Translations under genes and position numbers: made by a program
Assembly (NCBI GenBank): GCA_951406725.2
Contig: OX597823.1
Coordinates: 70,928,001 to 70,992,000 of the forward strand
Length of the DNA: 64,000 nucleotides
DNA from: Octopus vulgaris
Taxonomy: Eukaryota
Reading direction: 5' to 3'
Notes under the pieces: model-generated
Database searches by the model: none
What the model saw: only the letters and a program-made list of their open reading frames with translations
What the model was told of the DNA's origin: nothing
Shown: positions 1-13,187 of the stretch, one piece after another
Numbering within the stretch: position 1 is the first letter of the stretch
How the letters are laid out: every line of letters begins with the position of its first letter

Positions 1-1338
1 ATATTTGGCATTAGAAATTTCTTCGATTGCCCTTATTTACGAATTGTTTATAAATTTAACCTTTAAAGGTATTTTTTAATATACTGGCCATTGATAAAAT
101 TTTTTTCGAAAAGAATTTTTTCGAAAAATATTTTATCCTACATTTGATATATATATATATATACGCGGCGCGCGCACTAATGCCAAACAGTGAGAATGAG
201 TGCTCAACGCCCAATTGCTGGGTAAATTTTCTTTATTTGTTGATTAACAGGTCTACCAATGGATTCATGTAAAGAGAATCTCTTGATTCCCTTTACCGGA
301 ATCTCTTGACAATTATCAATTATTATAGGAACACTGGCACCCGTCTCCATTTTGGATGCAAATTCACGAAGTTACACGAAACTGTGCAACTTCTCGGGAT
401 AAATAAATATACAGAACATGGGAAGTAATAGCATATCTTAATCACTGTTTCCTTTGCATGAGTCCTGAAATCTTTGCAAGAAGCTGCCTTCACCTAAGAT
501 CAATTAATTCCTTACATTGTGCGAGAACGCTCGTGCACGTCCAAATCTATAATATAGATACACATGTTTGTGCACACGCATATCATACAAAATATGTGCA
601 GTCATATACAAACACTCACACGCTCATACACAAATACTAATACACACATACACACACACAAACACATATACATATACACACACACACACATATATATGCG
701 CTCACACACACATACATATACATATAACACATGCGCATATGCATTATGTGATTTGCTCATATTTGATTATATGCACAGGTTTTATGCCAAACTTGATGGG
801 GAAGTGAATTCATAAGTTTGGGTATATATGTATTTTTCTCTGTGATGTTATTTCACATAATAGCTCTATAATAAGCAAATCCAGCCGAAGTTTAAGTGGG
901 CAGATGACTATTACGGATAATTTTCATATAGTGCACATAATCGAATAATAGGTGAGGGATCATCTTTGGAATTTCAAAGTATGAATCGTAGCTTGTGAAT
1001 GCAAAGTATGAATCGTAGCTTGTGCATGCAAGAGGAGAAGCTATCCACCCTAATATTAAATTGTTCATTGTTGATGTTATGATAAGAAGCCAGCTGTTGT
1101 GTATATCCTTCTTTGAAGATGCTTTTCCTCATTCCAATGATTATCTCGTTCCGTTCAAATCTGTAATCTGGCCTTATACATTAATTCTTTCTTCAAATAC
1201 CTATTGCTCAGACGACAGCTACCTGGAGATCTACAATTACAAGATCTTCTGGAATGCTCCAAATGATATTTTTTATTGTGGCTGAGAATGATCGACCCTC
1301 TCTGTTTGGGATACAACGAAAGCAAACTTTGATCGTAT

Positions 1339-1500
1339 TTATCGTGCAGATCTTGAGCTTTTTATTTGAGTGAGGGATGTGGTTATAAGTTTCAGAAATA
1401 TTTTAGCTATGTTCGTGGCTACATTTATACTATTTAGAGAATTGCACCACAAGATTTTCCTCCATCTACGTTTTCTTGATCTAACTACATTCAGTTCAAT
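1339..1500 (-). pseudogene. Penelope-like element (Neptune-type) ORF fragment
   Basis: Translation RKRRWRKILWCNSLNSINVATNIAKIFLKLI resembles the PLE RT-EN linker motif RxRKIIWFNPPYSxNVxTNIGKxFL. Confidence 0.6.
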
Positions 1501-1524
1501 ATCAATTATATTAATCGATCCTTT

Positions 1525-1564
<40 letters not shown>

Positions 1565-1570
<6 letters not shown>

Positions 1571-1692
1571 AACTTACTTGGAGAAGAGAAATAACGCGTG
1601 CGTTCGGTCATATAATAATATAATAAATAAATAAAATATATGCATATATACATACATATATGTACATACTTACATCTAAATGTATATATACA

Positions 1693-1768
<76 letters not shown>

Positions 1769-2534
1769 TACAAGACACCACAAATAAACGTAGAACACAA
1801 CGAGAAACGAAAACATAAAATCAAACAAGGAAACGGACTTTTTTTAACAACGAAAAAACAAGGAAACGGACTTTTTTTAAAACAACGAAAAAACAGACTA
1901 CAGGACAAACAATACAAGGAAAATTCCCCTTCATCAGCTGCCCCTGGTTCGACTCAATGCGTGTTTCGAAGGTAAGGGCAGAACACGGCCAGGCCGAAGC
2001 AATCGTTCCTGCAAAAGGAATTAAGTAAAATTATTCTGCAGAGGGGTAAAACAAGTGACAAGAACAGGACGTAAAAGCAATACAAATGAAGAAAAAACAG
2101 TAGAAAAAAAACAGTACAAATAAAGAAACGGGACAGTGAACCAACAATAGACGGCGGAAAAATTAGTTAGAACGCATGTAAAAAATCGGCTTGCGAAAGA
2201 CAAGAGAGGTCGATCTATAAGTGTTGAAGCACGAAGCTGAAAGAAAGTTTTAGTAGCCTCTGGTCAGGAGGAGGAGGAGGAGGAGGAGAGAGAGAGAGAG
2301 AGGGGAAAAGAAACCAGAAAGGGTGAAAAATAAGAAGGAGAGAGACAAGTAGAGAGGAAGACAGACAGGCAGGGAGAAGAGTAAGAGTGCGCGTCATGAT
2401 TATTCAAATACAAACTTACTTGAGGAAGAGAAATAACGCGTGCGTTCGGTCGTATAATAATATAATAAATAAATAAAATATATGCATATATACATACATA
2501 TATGTACATACTTACATCTACATGTATATATACA

Positions 2535-2574
<40 letters not shown>

Positions 2575-2590
2575 TACAGGACACCACATA
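1565..2590. mobile_element. Non-coding partial-tandem element (PLE pseudo-LTR-like), copy 1
   Basis: A ~200 bp block (aacttactt..gagaaataacgcgtgcgttcggtc...gagtacargacaccaca) occurs at ~1570-1780 and ~2413-2588. Related sequence occurs at 19.8-21.1 kb and 42.3-43.3 kb. Confidence 0.6.
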
Positions 2591-2711
2591 TATTTATATA
2601 CATATACATATATGTGTGTGTATGTATGTACGTGTATATATATATATATATATATATATATCTGTATATATATATGTAATTATCTATATCTATCTATCTT
2701 TCCATCCATCC

Positions 2712-2761
<50 letters not shown>

Positions 2762-3454
2762 ATATCTATCTATCTATTTATCTATCTATCTATATATATA
2801 TTATCTTACAAACAAGAAAGAAAATTTAGGAATGCGACATTTTGTTACATATATGACGTAAAGGAATAGAGATTTTGAATCTGGAAAAGTACCTTACAAG
2901 TACCCTTATATAATCCAGGTTCTTGCTAGCCACATCGAATGATATGGAACACGTGCACATACGTAAGGTGAACAATTACATCGTTTTTCCCTCCATAGGT
3001 AAATTATCATTCGATTCCTTGCACAATGTATATTCAAGACACTATAAATAAGAATGGTGAATTATATGTCCTCAAAAACTTGTTAATTACAGTATTATAT
3101 ACAATAAATTCACATTAAGTCTTAGTCTGAAACGTGTTTCTACTGCACAGATGTCTTAAGATGTAGTATTTAATTGCATCCTTGCATCCTATTCGTTCAA
3201 TTGCATTATAATATCCATGCATAGTCCGAGAAAAACGGTCCTACAACTTTTTGCTGAACAACCTGCTCAAGTGATTTGCTTATAGTGATCAAATGTATGT
3301 GCTGTACATTAGTTCAAACCCTTCATCAAGTTGATGTTGTCTGAGCAGGTGTATGGTGTACCACACGTCAGCTGTAAAAGTTGCCCAGGAGTAGAATCTA
3401 CGAGTTTATGATACTGAGTGCAACACCCTAACCAGTAGGCCATAAATATATGGA

Positions 3455-3607
3455 AACAAGCATAGCCGTGTAATAATTTTTCTTCCTAACCATAGATTTT
3501 CTGGTTCAGTTGCTATGTACAGCACCTGAGAAAAAAATTTAGTGAGATGATTTAGTGGACGGAAACTGAAAGCATACTGTCGAGCCATATATATATATAT
3601 ATATATA

Positions 3608-3662
<55 letters not shown>

Positions 3663-3835
3663 GTGTGTGTGTGTGCATGTTTGTACCCTACTGCTTGGAA
3701 CCGGTGGTGGTTTGTTTACATCCTCGTAACTTAACGCCCGATAAAATTAGTACAAGATTTTTTAAAAATGTGTATTCGTGTTGATTAGTTCAACTTAAAC
3801 CCTTGACGGTAGTACCTCCGTATAGCCGTAGTCCA
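3455..3835 (+). mobile_element. SINE family A, degenerate copy
   Basis: Diverged match to the family A motifs (gacggaaactgaaag, internal (TA)/(TG)n, gataaaattagtac). Confidence 0.6.
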
Positions 3836-3859
3836 AGGAATAATGAGTGATTCATATAT

Positions 3860-4235
3860 ATCATAATAATGTATATTCTTTAATTTAAAGTGACATTTTA
3901 AATAAACAATTGACTGAAAAATGATGAGCTAATCTAAGCCAGAATCGAACCCACGCATCAATGCTTACATGGCTTCCATAGTTGCTTTTTCTCCTTAACT
4001 TACAAACTCTTTCTGGTTTGTTTACAAATATTATGTGTAGTATTAGACTGTTAAAGTATATATTCATAAAATTTTGCTGAAATTGATGTGTGAGCGTTTG
4101 CCCCAATCGGATGCACATGGAGCTATATAATAGTTGATATGTGGTTTCCATTCTGGCCAGGGTTAGCTCATCATGTTTCAGTCAATTGTTTATATAAAAT
4201 GTCATTTTAAATCGGAGAATATATATTACCATGAT
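3860..4235. repeat. Imperfect inverted repeat (~100 bp arms) plus an internal direct repeat
   Basis: gacattttaaataaacaattgactgaaaaatgatgagctaa pairs with ttagctcatcatgtttcagtcaattgtttatataaaatgtc. The segment 3974-4040 is also repeated directly at ~4269-4338. Confidence 0.8.
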
Positions 4236-4357
4236 ATACTATTATATAGTTATTATTGTATTAGAGACTTCCACAGTCGCTTTCTTTCTGTAACTTACAA
4301 AAGCCATTCGGGTTTGTTTACAAATATTATATGTAGTCATATATAATATGACTACAT

Positions 4358-4680
4358 TATAGCCTCGAGCCGACCAAAGCCTTGTGAGTGGATTTGGTAG
4401 ACGGAAACTGAAAGATGCCCGTCGTATATATATATATATATGAACATATTTATGTGTGTGTCTTTCTGTCTGTGTTTGCCTCCACCACCATCGCTTGACA
4501 ACAGATGTCGGTGTGTCTACGTCGCAGTAAATCAGCGGTTCGGCAGAAGAGACCGATAAAATAAGTACCAGGCTTATAAAGAATAAGTCTAGGGGTCGAT
4601 TTGTTCGACTAAAAGACGTTATTCCAGCATAAACACAGTCAAATGACTGTAACACTGAAACACATAAAAGAATAAAAGGA
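4358..4680 (+). mobile_element. SINE family A, 5'-truncated
   Basis: tatagcctcgagccgaccaaagccttgtgagtggatttggtagacggaaactgaaag...cagtcaaatgactg is shared with the other copies. Confidence 0.85.
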
Positions 4681-4691
4681 AAGAATAAAGA

Positions 4692-4727
<36 letters not shown>

Positions 4728-5684
4728 TTGTGTGTGTATGTATATATATATACACACACATACATATACATACATGCATATATATATAAGAACATAAGCT
4801 CGAAATACTAAAGACTTTCTCATTTTCTCACCTGTCTTCGTTTCTCACCTCTTGGTTTTTTATTTTTCTGTAAATTTCAACTTTATATATATATCCTAAT
4901 ACCCGTCGTTGTTTGGGTAATTACATTTACACTTTCTGAGGAGCCACATTCAAAGTGTTATTATATATATAATTCACTCACCCTGTATGTGTGTATTTCA
5001 TAAGAAAAAAACGTGTAAGAACTGAAGTGGAAAAAAGATCTGTTTGTGTATTATATGACAATATTAAGTGAGTTTGTATGTGTTATTTTATTTATCAGTA
5101 CACTATTGGCAATTGTATTATACACTTCATTTAAATAGGTAATTTACTCTATCTTGAATATAATGAGAGTAATGGCAAATTAAGTTATTGAAGTATTCAT
5201 GTTGCATTAAGAATGAATGTTTCTTTATAAACAATGTTTTTGTTTTATTTCGGGATGCATAAGCAAAAAATTTGCTTTTGCTCTCACATGTGATGCTTCT
5301 ACATAATGTTGGCCATGTGAAAAGCGTGGTTCTTCAAGTTGCAATCCAGCAATTTTTAATGCTTGGCCCTAAAATTTTTTAATGCTCATGGCAAAACAAA
5401 CTTTGAGAAGTAACTATAACTTCTTAAATTGGAAAGGGACATTAGATGGTATAACTGGTATGCGAGGACTCACCTTTACCACAGCCATTGAGAATATTTG
5501 CCTCAATACACTTCCTCATAAGTTAGTGCACATTTAGTCTTGTATGTTTCCATAATTTTGGTTCAGACAAATTATGCAATAGCATAATAGGAGTTCCAAG
5601 GGCATATGGGGTAGTGGTTAAGAGCGCAGTCTACTCACACCAAGATTTCGATTTCGATTCCAGGCATTGAGCTGAATAATAATA

Positions 5685-6352
5685 TCAGGTCATCCTATAC
5701 GTTCTGTCTGATTTTATCGTTTTTAAAATTAAATGAAATTTCATAATATTTTAGAATGTCTAATGGAATTTAAAATTATTTTTATGCATTTGTGTACGTT
5801 TAAACTAATTAAATATTATTTTACAGAATAATAGAATTAAATTTCTTTGATTAAAACCCTTTCTAACATGGAAGTATCCAAATAGCATTTGAGGCACATA
5901 ATGCTTTATGAGTACAAAAAAGGAAACTCTGCAGCCGAAGCAACTCGAAACATACTCTCAGTTTATGGGAAAGAATGCTTGGATGAAAGAACTTGCAGGA
6001 GACGGTTTGCAAAATTCAGAAGTGGAAATTTCAGCCTTGAAGATAAAGATCGAACAGGACGTCCAGCTGAGTTTGAGTATAAGCTCCTTGAGGCATTACT
6101 TGAAGAGAATCCTGGATTATCAGTTGAAGAATTGGCAATAAAGCAACTTGGAAAGGTTCCTAAACTTGGAAAATTGGTGCCTCATGAATTTTCCGAAAGC
6201 AACCGCAAATCCCGAGTTGACATCTGCCCTTCTCTCCATTCTCATAAACTCATTTCACCCTTTCTGGATAGACTTGTGACTGGTGAAGAAAAATGGATCT
6301 TCTATTGAAATGTTAAATGTCGTAAACAGTGGATTGGTATGGGATGATCTGA
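5685..6352 (+). mobile_element. Mariner transposon, internally deleted
   Basis: TIRs tcaggtcatcctatac / gtatgggatgatctga, with TA on both sides (5683-84, 6353-54). Confidence 0.85.
5868..6308 (+). pseudogene. Mariner transposase N-terminal half (in-frame stop at codon 6)
   Basis: RHIMLYEYKKGNSAAEATRNI..VYG, R.GRP, LVPHEF (WVPHEL-like), LVTGEEKWIFY. The C-terminal catalytic part is absent. Confidence 0.9.
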
Positions 6353-6468
6353 TAATAATAATAATAATAATAATAAAAATAATAATAATCATAATTATGA
6401 TAATAATAATAATAATGATGATGATGATGATGATGATGATAATGATAATAACAACAATATCAATGATA

Positions 6469-6566
<98 letters not shown>

Positions 6567-6595
6567 CATAATAATAATAATAACAACAACAACAT
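6353..6595. repeat. Compound (AAT)n/(GAT)n microsatellite
   Basis: Direct inspection. Confidence 0.95.
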
Positions 6596-6624
6596 CAAAA
6601 ATAACTTAGGAATGAGAACCCAGC

Positions 6625-7741
6625 TGTTTATTTACTTTACCGATTTCACTCTTTGGAAAAAGATTGTCAAAAGTAACATGTGGAAGTTTGGTTGCGTTAA
6701 TTATTGGTTGTTGCAAATTGCTACATTACATATATATATACAGTCTTTGGTAACAGGGACATGTTAAGGACATAAAAAAGTTCAACAAGTTCCTTAAAAT
6801 ATTGGGCAAAAAAGATTACATAAATAATCGTTCTCAAGGACATACTTAAGATAGTTCCAGAAGGAATTGATATTGGTACTGTATCTGTATATTCAAACAT
6901 GCACAGAATATTGGTTGACACAGAGTACTATAATCCATATAAATATACAGTCTTTGGTGACAACAGTATGTTGAGAATATAAAAAAGTTTAACAAGCTCA
7001 TTGAAAAAATTAAAGATTAAAACAAATATATTATACATCTCAGGGTAATTTCCAGGAGGAATTATTAAAAAAGTTCAGTACAGAATATTATGAGTTCAAA
7101 AAGATTTACATTAATGTAGTGGTGAGGTTGTTACTAACCTGTCCGTTTTAGCAGAAATGTGGAATTGAAAAGGATGTACCCGTTTTTTTCTTTTTTGGCT
7201 CTCCTTCAAGCATCAATGATTTTTGGGTTAGGATGAGGTGAATATGAGTGTCTCTGCGTGTATGTGTGTGTGCATACATATACATGTTGTGTGAATAGAT
7301 GTGTCTGTGTGTCTGTAGTATTTGGTCAGATGGTGTCTGTTTGTCAACCGCGTGTGTGGTTGTCATGGTGTTGTGTGTGTGTGTGTGTGTGCGTGTGTAC
7401 GAATGTATGTGTGTGAATGGCATTTGACATGGTGCTGCGTGTGTATATATGTGCCTGTATGGAGGTGAGATTGGTGTGAGTGTGTGTGTCCCTGTGTGCG
7501 TGCACATACACGTATACATGTGTCTGTGTGTGTGTGTGTGGGGGGGCTTTTTTTGATTGGTTCCAGGGTGGTGTAAATAGATGTGTGTTGTTTAAAGAAT
7601 TTTTTGGGGTAGGATGGTGTGTATACGTGTATGTGCATGCACACAGGGACAGACACACTCACACCAATCCCACCTCCATACAGGCACATATATACACACG
7701 CAGCACCATGTCAAATGCCATCCACACACATACATGCGTAC

Positions 7742-7772
<31 letters not shown>

Positions 7773-8521
7773 ACACCATGACAACCACACACGCGGTTGA
7801 CAAACAGACACCATCTGACCAAATACTACAGACACACAGACACATCTATTCACACAACATGTATATGTATGCACACACACATACACGCAGAGACACTCAT
7901 ATTCACCTCATCCTAACCCAAAAATCATTGATGCTTGAAGGAGAGCCAAAAAAAGAAAAAAAACGGGTACATCCTTTTCAATTCCACATTTCTGCTAAAA
8001 CGGACAGGTTAGTAACAACCTCACCACTACATTAATGTAAATCTTTTTGAACTCATAATATTCTGTACTGAACTTTTTTAATAATTCCTCCTGGAAATTA
8101 CCCTGAGATGTATAATATATTTGTTTTAATCTTTAATTTTTTCAATGAGCTTGTTAAACTTTTTTATATTCTCAACATACTGTTGTCACCAAAGACTGTA
8201 TATTTATATGGATTATAGTACTCTGTGTCAACCAATATTCTGTGCATGTTTGAATATACAGATACAGTACCAATATCAATTCCTTCTGGAACTATCTTAA
8301 GTATGTCCTTGAGAACGATTATTTATGTAATCTTTTTTGCCCAATATTTTAAGGAACTTGTTGAACTTTTTTATGTCCTTAACATGTCCCTGTTACCAAA
8401 GACTGTATATATATATGTAATGTAGCAATTTGCAACAACCAATAATTAACGCAACCAAACTTCCACATGTTACTTTTGACAATCTTTTTCCAAAGAGTGA
8501 AATCGGTAAAGTAAATAAACA
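6625..8521. repeat. ~1.9 kb near-perfect inverted repeat (arms 6625-7518 and 7620-8521, ~100 bp spacer)
   Basis: The outer ends tgtttatttactttaccg / cggtaaagtaaataaaca are reverse complements. The same 66-aa ORF appears on both strands (6721-6921 minus, 8225-8425 plus). Only a handful of mismatches. Confidence 0.97.
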
Positions 8522-8552
8522 TCTTTTAAATTGCATTTTCAAACCTTCTTTC

Positions 8553-8594
<42 letters not shown>

Positions 8595-10161
8595 TGCTTG
8601 AAGATCTTGTGCACGCACAAGTGAAACAGTGTAACGAGAGACTGATTCGCCCAAAATAACCTCTCTCTCTCCTTCTGTAGCCACTCATTCATTCGCAAAA
8701 GACTTAGAACATATACAACATAGAATATATGTACAAAATTTATGCCTGAAAATTTTTTATTTGAATGTAGAGTGCACAAAAAGGGATTAATATTACCTTG
8801 AAGCAAAAGCGAAACAATGGATGAAAATCTTGGGGTGGGGATGGAAGAAGGTTTCATTCTATAAACGATAGCTCCAAAGTGAAAGGATATGCAAAATTCT
8901 CAAGACCAACATACAGAAAAATAGGAAAATTAATACCGAAAACTTTATCACGTAAAAATTCAACAAAACAATATTTCGAGTTCGTAAAACAGCCAGGTAG
9001 CACGGAAAGCTATCATAAAATTCTTCTAAAAACCAGCGGCATTAATACCAATTAGTTTCTTTGGGGCAAATCAGCCATTCAGCAGCAAGCACTCAGAAGC
9101 CAAGAAATTTGATGCGTGTTTACCATAATTCAATGATTTCGATTTATGTTTCTAAACAAATTCATTCGGAATAAAAGAAAAGAAAAGAAAAGAATTCCTC
9201 GCTCAATCTGCGGTAATTATATGGACTAATGCGTTCTCAAATAAATTTAATACACCATAAAAAGGAGCTGAGATTGAGTCATGAAAAGATTAAAAACAAA
9301 ACAAGACAAATGTACATAGAACTATTCAAAGAGTATATTTTCTCTGGATACTTCAAACAATTAATATGTAAAGTAAAAGACAGTATTTTAAAACTATTGT
9401 CTGTAATCCCGTTTTCATTTTCTACGAGTCAGTTTTCAGATCATACTTTTGGGCTATAAACTCGCCCTTTGACCATGCGATTAGTAACGAGTGAACATTT
9501 GCTGCATTCCGTACAATTTAGGTTTAATGTAGTGGAATACTATTGACATCATGAAGTCCTCTAGTCTTAAACTGCTTCTACGAAGCAGACCTTTTTCTGA
9601 AAGAACAGTTACGTTTCTAAAGATCATGCAAAATTCATTTCTCCATCTCACCGGGGAAGTGCCATGTTATTATATTTATAAATTCCCTTTTCATGCATAA
9701 ATGCATAAACGTATGTATACGCATGGATATGGATATATACTAACACACACACGAGCACATACATATATAATACACGCGTAAACATAGCGTCAATGAACAG
9801 AAAAAAATGACCTATCTTATTACGTCCAGAGTTACCCTCTTATAATGAACTTCAAGCTCCAGGCCGCTGATATCCTGTATGTACACCACTCTAGGTATAA
9901 ATGGCACACAAACAAAGGTAGGATATACAATCTCTGCTGCCTGTGGAGATGACAGCCTACTCAAGTCAGCCACGAGATCTCATTTGTGACCCAAGCTTAT
10001 CACAACTCATGGGAACTGCTGTCGCTTGAGTGTGCATTCTAGAGAATGATTCGTAATTCACTGATTGATACAAACATCTGCCTGTACTACCATGTGCAGC
10101 ACCCAACATTAAGAACTAGGACTACTGAATATGTTCTCCTGTAGAATGTACACTTACATTT

Positions 10162-10374
10162 AAAGCGGTGAGCTGGCAGAATCGTTAGCACACCGGGCAA
10201 AATGCTTAGCGGCATTTAGTCCCTCTCTAGCATTTCATTCGTTCAAATTCCGCCGAGGACGACTTTGCCTTTCATCCTTCCGAGTCGATAAAAAGAGTAC
10301 CAGTTGGGTAATAGGGTCGATGTAATCGGCTATCCCCTCTCCCAAAATTTCAGGTCTTATTCCTAGAGTAGAAA
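10162..10374 (+). mobile_element. SINE family B (tRNA-like head)
   Basis: gcggtgagctggcagaatcgttagca...gttcaaattccgccgagg...gggtcgatgtaatcg. Confidence 0.85.
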
Positions 10375-10635
10375 AATAAAATAAATGCGTCCTTTTTTAA
10401 AGCCTTGCCAGGCTCACGAGCCCGGTTTTCCGGTTTCTGTGGCGTATGTGTTCCCCAGCTGGACGGGACGCCAGTCCATCGCAGCGTTACTCATTTTGCC
10501 AGCTGAGTGGACTGGAGCAACGTGAAATGAAGTGTTTTGCTCAAGAACACAACGCGTCGCCCGGTCCAGGAATCGAAACCACAATCTTACGATCATGGTG
10601 CTGACACCCTAACCACCAAGTCACGTGCCTCCACT
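10375..10635 (-). mobile_element. tRNA-derived SINE (family D) nested in the 3' end of a family B SINE
   Basis: On the minus strand: A-box-like tgacttggtggt and B-box ggtttcgattcc, then a gcgatggactggcgtcccgtccag core. The 12-bp TSD ctagagtagaaa is at 10363-10374 and 10636-10647. Confidence 0.85.
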
Positions 10636-10673
10636 CTAGAGTAGAAAGGATTATCATTATTATTAGACGTACT

Positions 10674-10895
10674 AAGGTGGCGAGCTTTGGTAGAATCGTT
10701 ACCGCGCCGTACAAACTGCTTCGATGCATTTCGCCCTTCTTAACGTTCTGAGTTCTAATGTCGCCGAGGTCGACTTTGCCTTTCATTCTTTCGGGGTCGA
10801 TGAAAATAGTATCAGTCGAGCACTGGGATTGATGTATTCGACTCTTCCCTTCAGCCAACATTTCAGGCCTTCTGCCTATGGTAGAAAGGGTTATT
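10674..10895 (+). mobile_element. SINE family B
   Basis: Same head, body and tail as the 10162 copy. Confidence 0.85.
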
Positions 10896-10909
10896 ACTAG
10901 AGGTACTAT

Positions 10910-11135
10910 AAGTTGTTAGCTGTACCAGCAGATTGAAAGACTTGTCAGAGCTTCTACAAATGGCTGGCATAATTTATTCCGAATTTTTACGCTCTGAGTT
11001 CAGATCTCGCCGAAATAAACTTGCCTATACATACTTCAGGATTCAATAAAGTAAAACCACTCTAGTTCTGGGATTGATCTAATTGATTAACCCTCCCTTC
11101 CAAACTCCATGACCCTTTATCTAAAACAATTATTA
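10910..11135 (+). mobile_element. SINE family B, degenerate
   Basis: acgctctgagttcagatctcgccgaa...ttgcct; the tail is similar to the other copies. Confidence 0.5.
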
Positions 11136-12339
11136 TGTGTAGCAGTATTAACAGTTGACGTAGTGATAGTAGAAAAAGTATTGCTACTACAGGTAGTTTT
11201 TATACTACTGTACTAGGTTATTGTCAGTTGTGTTACTTTCGGTTCTTAGTACTGTTTTTGAGTATTATCCTTACGTATAATTACATACGTACGTGTGTGT
11301 GTGGGTGGGGGGGTTTAAGAGCATAGCCTAAGACAGAAAGAAATTTTATTCAGTCAGACTTTTCAAACAAACGACCTATCGTCTGCCAATTTTCTGTGTT
11401 AGATTAACACTTAAATATTTGTCTGGATAAAATAATTGTATTAGTCTTTCATCCAAACAGGGGTTTACAGGCAATGTTGTTGCCACACGAATGCCAGCAG
11501 ATACGGTTCACTTCTACCGTCAAACATAATCTAGTATCAAGCTAAAAATTCAACAATGTTTAAGTTTTTGAGCAAAGTTCGGAATATTAATAGTATTTAA
11601 CTAATATTTTTCACCGAATATAAAGTTTTTCTACGAACATTAAATTCTTAACATGACATGAACTATTTTTTACTATTTCTTCGATTTTTCAATATTTGAA
11701 TTATATTTTGCTGTTTTTAATGTTTTTCTTTTTAATTCTTGTAGAAAATCTATTTGGAGTCGTAGAAAATGTATTTGGACATTTTTCAAGATAATTCACT
11801 GAGATGTTATTGCCTCTTGAGAAAGTAAAATTATTGATCTCTTATCAATAATTATACAATAACAGGATATGTTGTCTTTGATATGGATTATTTGCATTTT
11901 ACTCCAATCAACTTATCTATATGTATTGGCATTTTTAAGAGAAATACATAATTCTCTTTCTCCTTAGATCTCTTTGAAATTGTGTTTTAATGCGATGACA
12001 GCCGTAACAACAAACTTTTTAATTGATTAGAATTTCTTTAGTTGGAGAAAATAACAAACATATAGTGGCAGTTGTTATCGACTTTCAAAGAAAATAGGAG
12101 AAAAATCGAATAAAACTGGAGATTGTCGGTTAAAGTTAATTCAAATGCTTAAGGCAAAGTTTGGTCAATGTTTGCATTTAAGGACCAATTACGAACATAT
12201 TTCGGTATATCTGTGTAGACTGCTTAGAGGCAGAATGGTGTAGTCAAATCTTCCTAAGTGAGATATACTTAGGTCATTTATCAGCAGCTATATTGTTCTT
12301 GGAGATAAATTATCATGTCATGTACCCTTGTGTATTTTT

Positions 12340-12515
12340 AGCAGCATTTTGTTTGTCTACCATCTGAGTTCAAATGCTACCGAGGTTGACTTTGCCTTTC
12401 ATCGGTTCGGAATCGATAAAATAAGTACCAGTCGAATACTAGGGTCGATGTAATCGAATTAGCCCTCTCTCGAAATTGCTGGCCTAGTTCTAAAATTTGA
12501 GACCATTATAAATAT
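12340..12515 (+). mobile_element. SINE family B, 5'-truncated
   Basis: ctgagttcaaatgctaccgaggttgactttgcctttcatc...gggtcgatgtaatcga. Confidence 0.75.
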
Positions 12516-12549
12516 TATTACTATAATAATAATAATAATAATAATAATA

Positions 12550-13103
12550 GCCCTGATGCAGTACCAGGCAGTGGCTCTCATGGCTTCTGATCTTAACTGA
12601 TTGGAAGTGTTATCATGTACATTGTTTTGTCTTGGTATAAAAGATGGGCTACAGCAAATATTCTGCTCAATACCACAGATTTGCTTGTCAGTTGTTTGAC
12701 CTTAACCAGTTGAGCATGTCCCTTAGTGGCTGACGATATGTGCATCTCTGATCACGAGCAGAAGTAGTGGGGGAGCATCATAGCCATGTGTTGGGAGGGA
12801 TTCTTTGGGGTTTGAATAGTTCACCTCTGGAAACATGGGTGGTTCTTTCAACATCCTTAAGCAACCCTTATTCAGGGACCGTTTGAGCGGGACGGGCTAC
12901 TCAACCTGAAGAAAATTCTGACTGGGCCCCACCTGCAAGGTCATGTGCTGTTTATCTTGATATGAGATCACCATGTCGCGCACATATGGTTGTGATGCAT
13001 GTGCCTGGTGTACCTTTATCAGACGGGTAGTCATGGTGGGTATATTGGGCTTCGTATATTTTATCCCAGTGTCACTTTGATGGCATGAACTGCTCTCTCA
13101 CTC
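12550..13103 (+). mobile_element. ~550 bp GC-richer insertion embedded in (AAT)n, probably a non-LTR derivative
   Basis: Sharp compositional boundaries with (AAT)n on both sides and no ORF. A link to the (TAA)n-targeting Dong/R4 elements is inference. Confidence 0.5.
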
Positions 13104-13175
<72 letters not shown>

Positions 13176-13187
13176 TATTATTATTAT

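Larger units (their letters stand above)
5600..6623 (+). mobile_element. tRNA-headed SINE-like element split by a mariner insertion
   Basis: A-box-like tggggtagtggt and B-box-like ttcgattcc lie at 5607-5661. An (AAT)n tract resumes after the mariner and ends at ttaggaatgagaacccag, next to the palindrome. Confidence 0.5.

Noticed and set aside
250-352. Minus-strand METGASVPII resembling an aspartic protease DTGA motif
   Set aside because: A single short motif with E in place of the catalytic D and no supporting retroelement context.
1925-1975. GAAA...CTGATGA on the minus strand as a type II hammerhead (also at 19870 and 43100)
   Set aside because: Stems I and III cannot be formed convincingly, so it is not called as a ribozyme; kept only as a family-level question.
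4930-5025. CTGAGGA...aaaacgtgta hammerhead-like remnant
   Set aside because: GAAA and the stem II closure are missing and stem I is weak.
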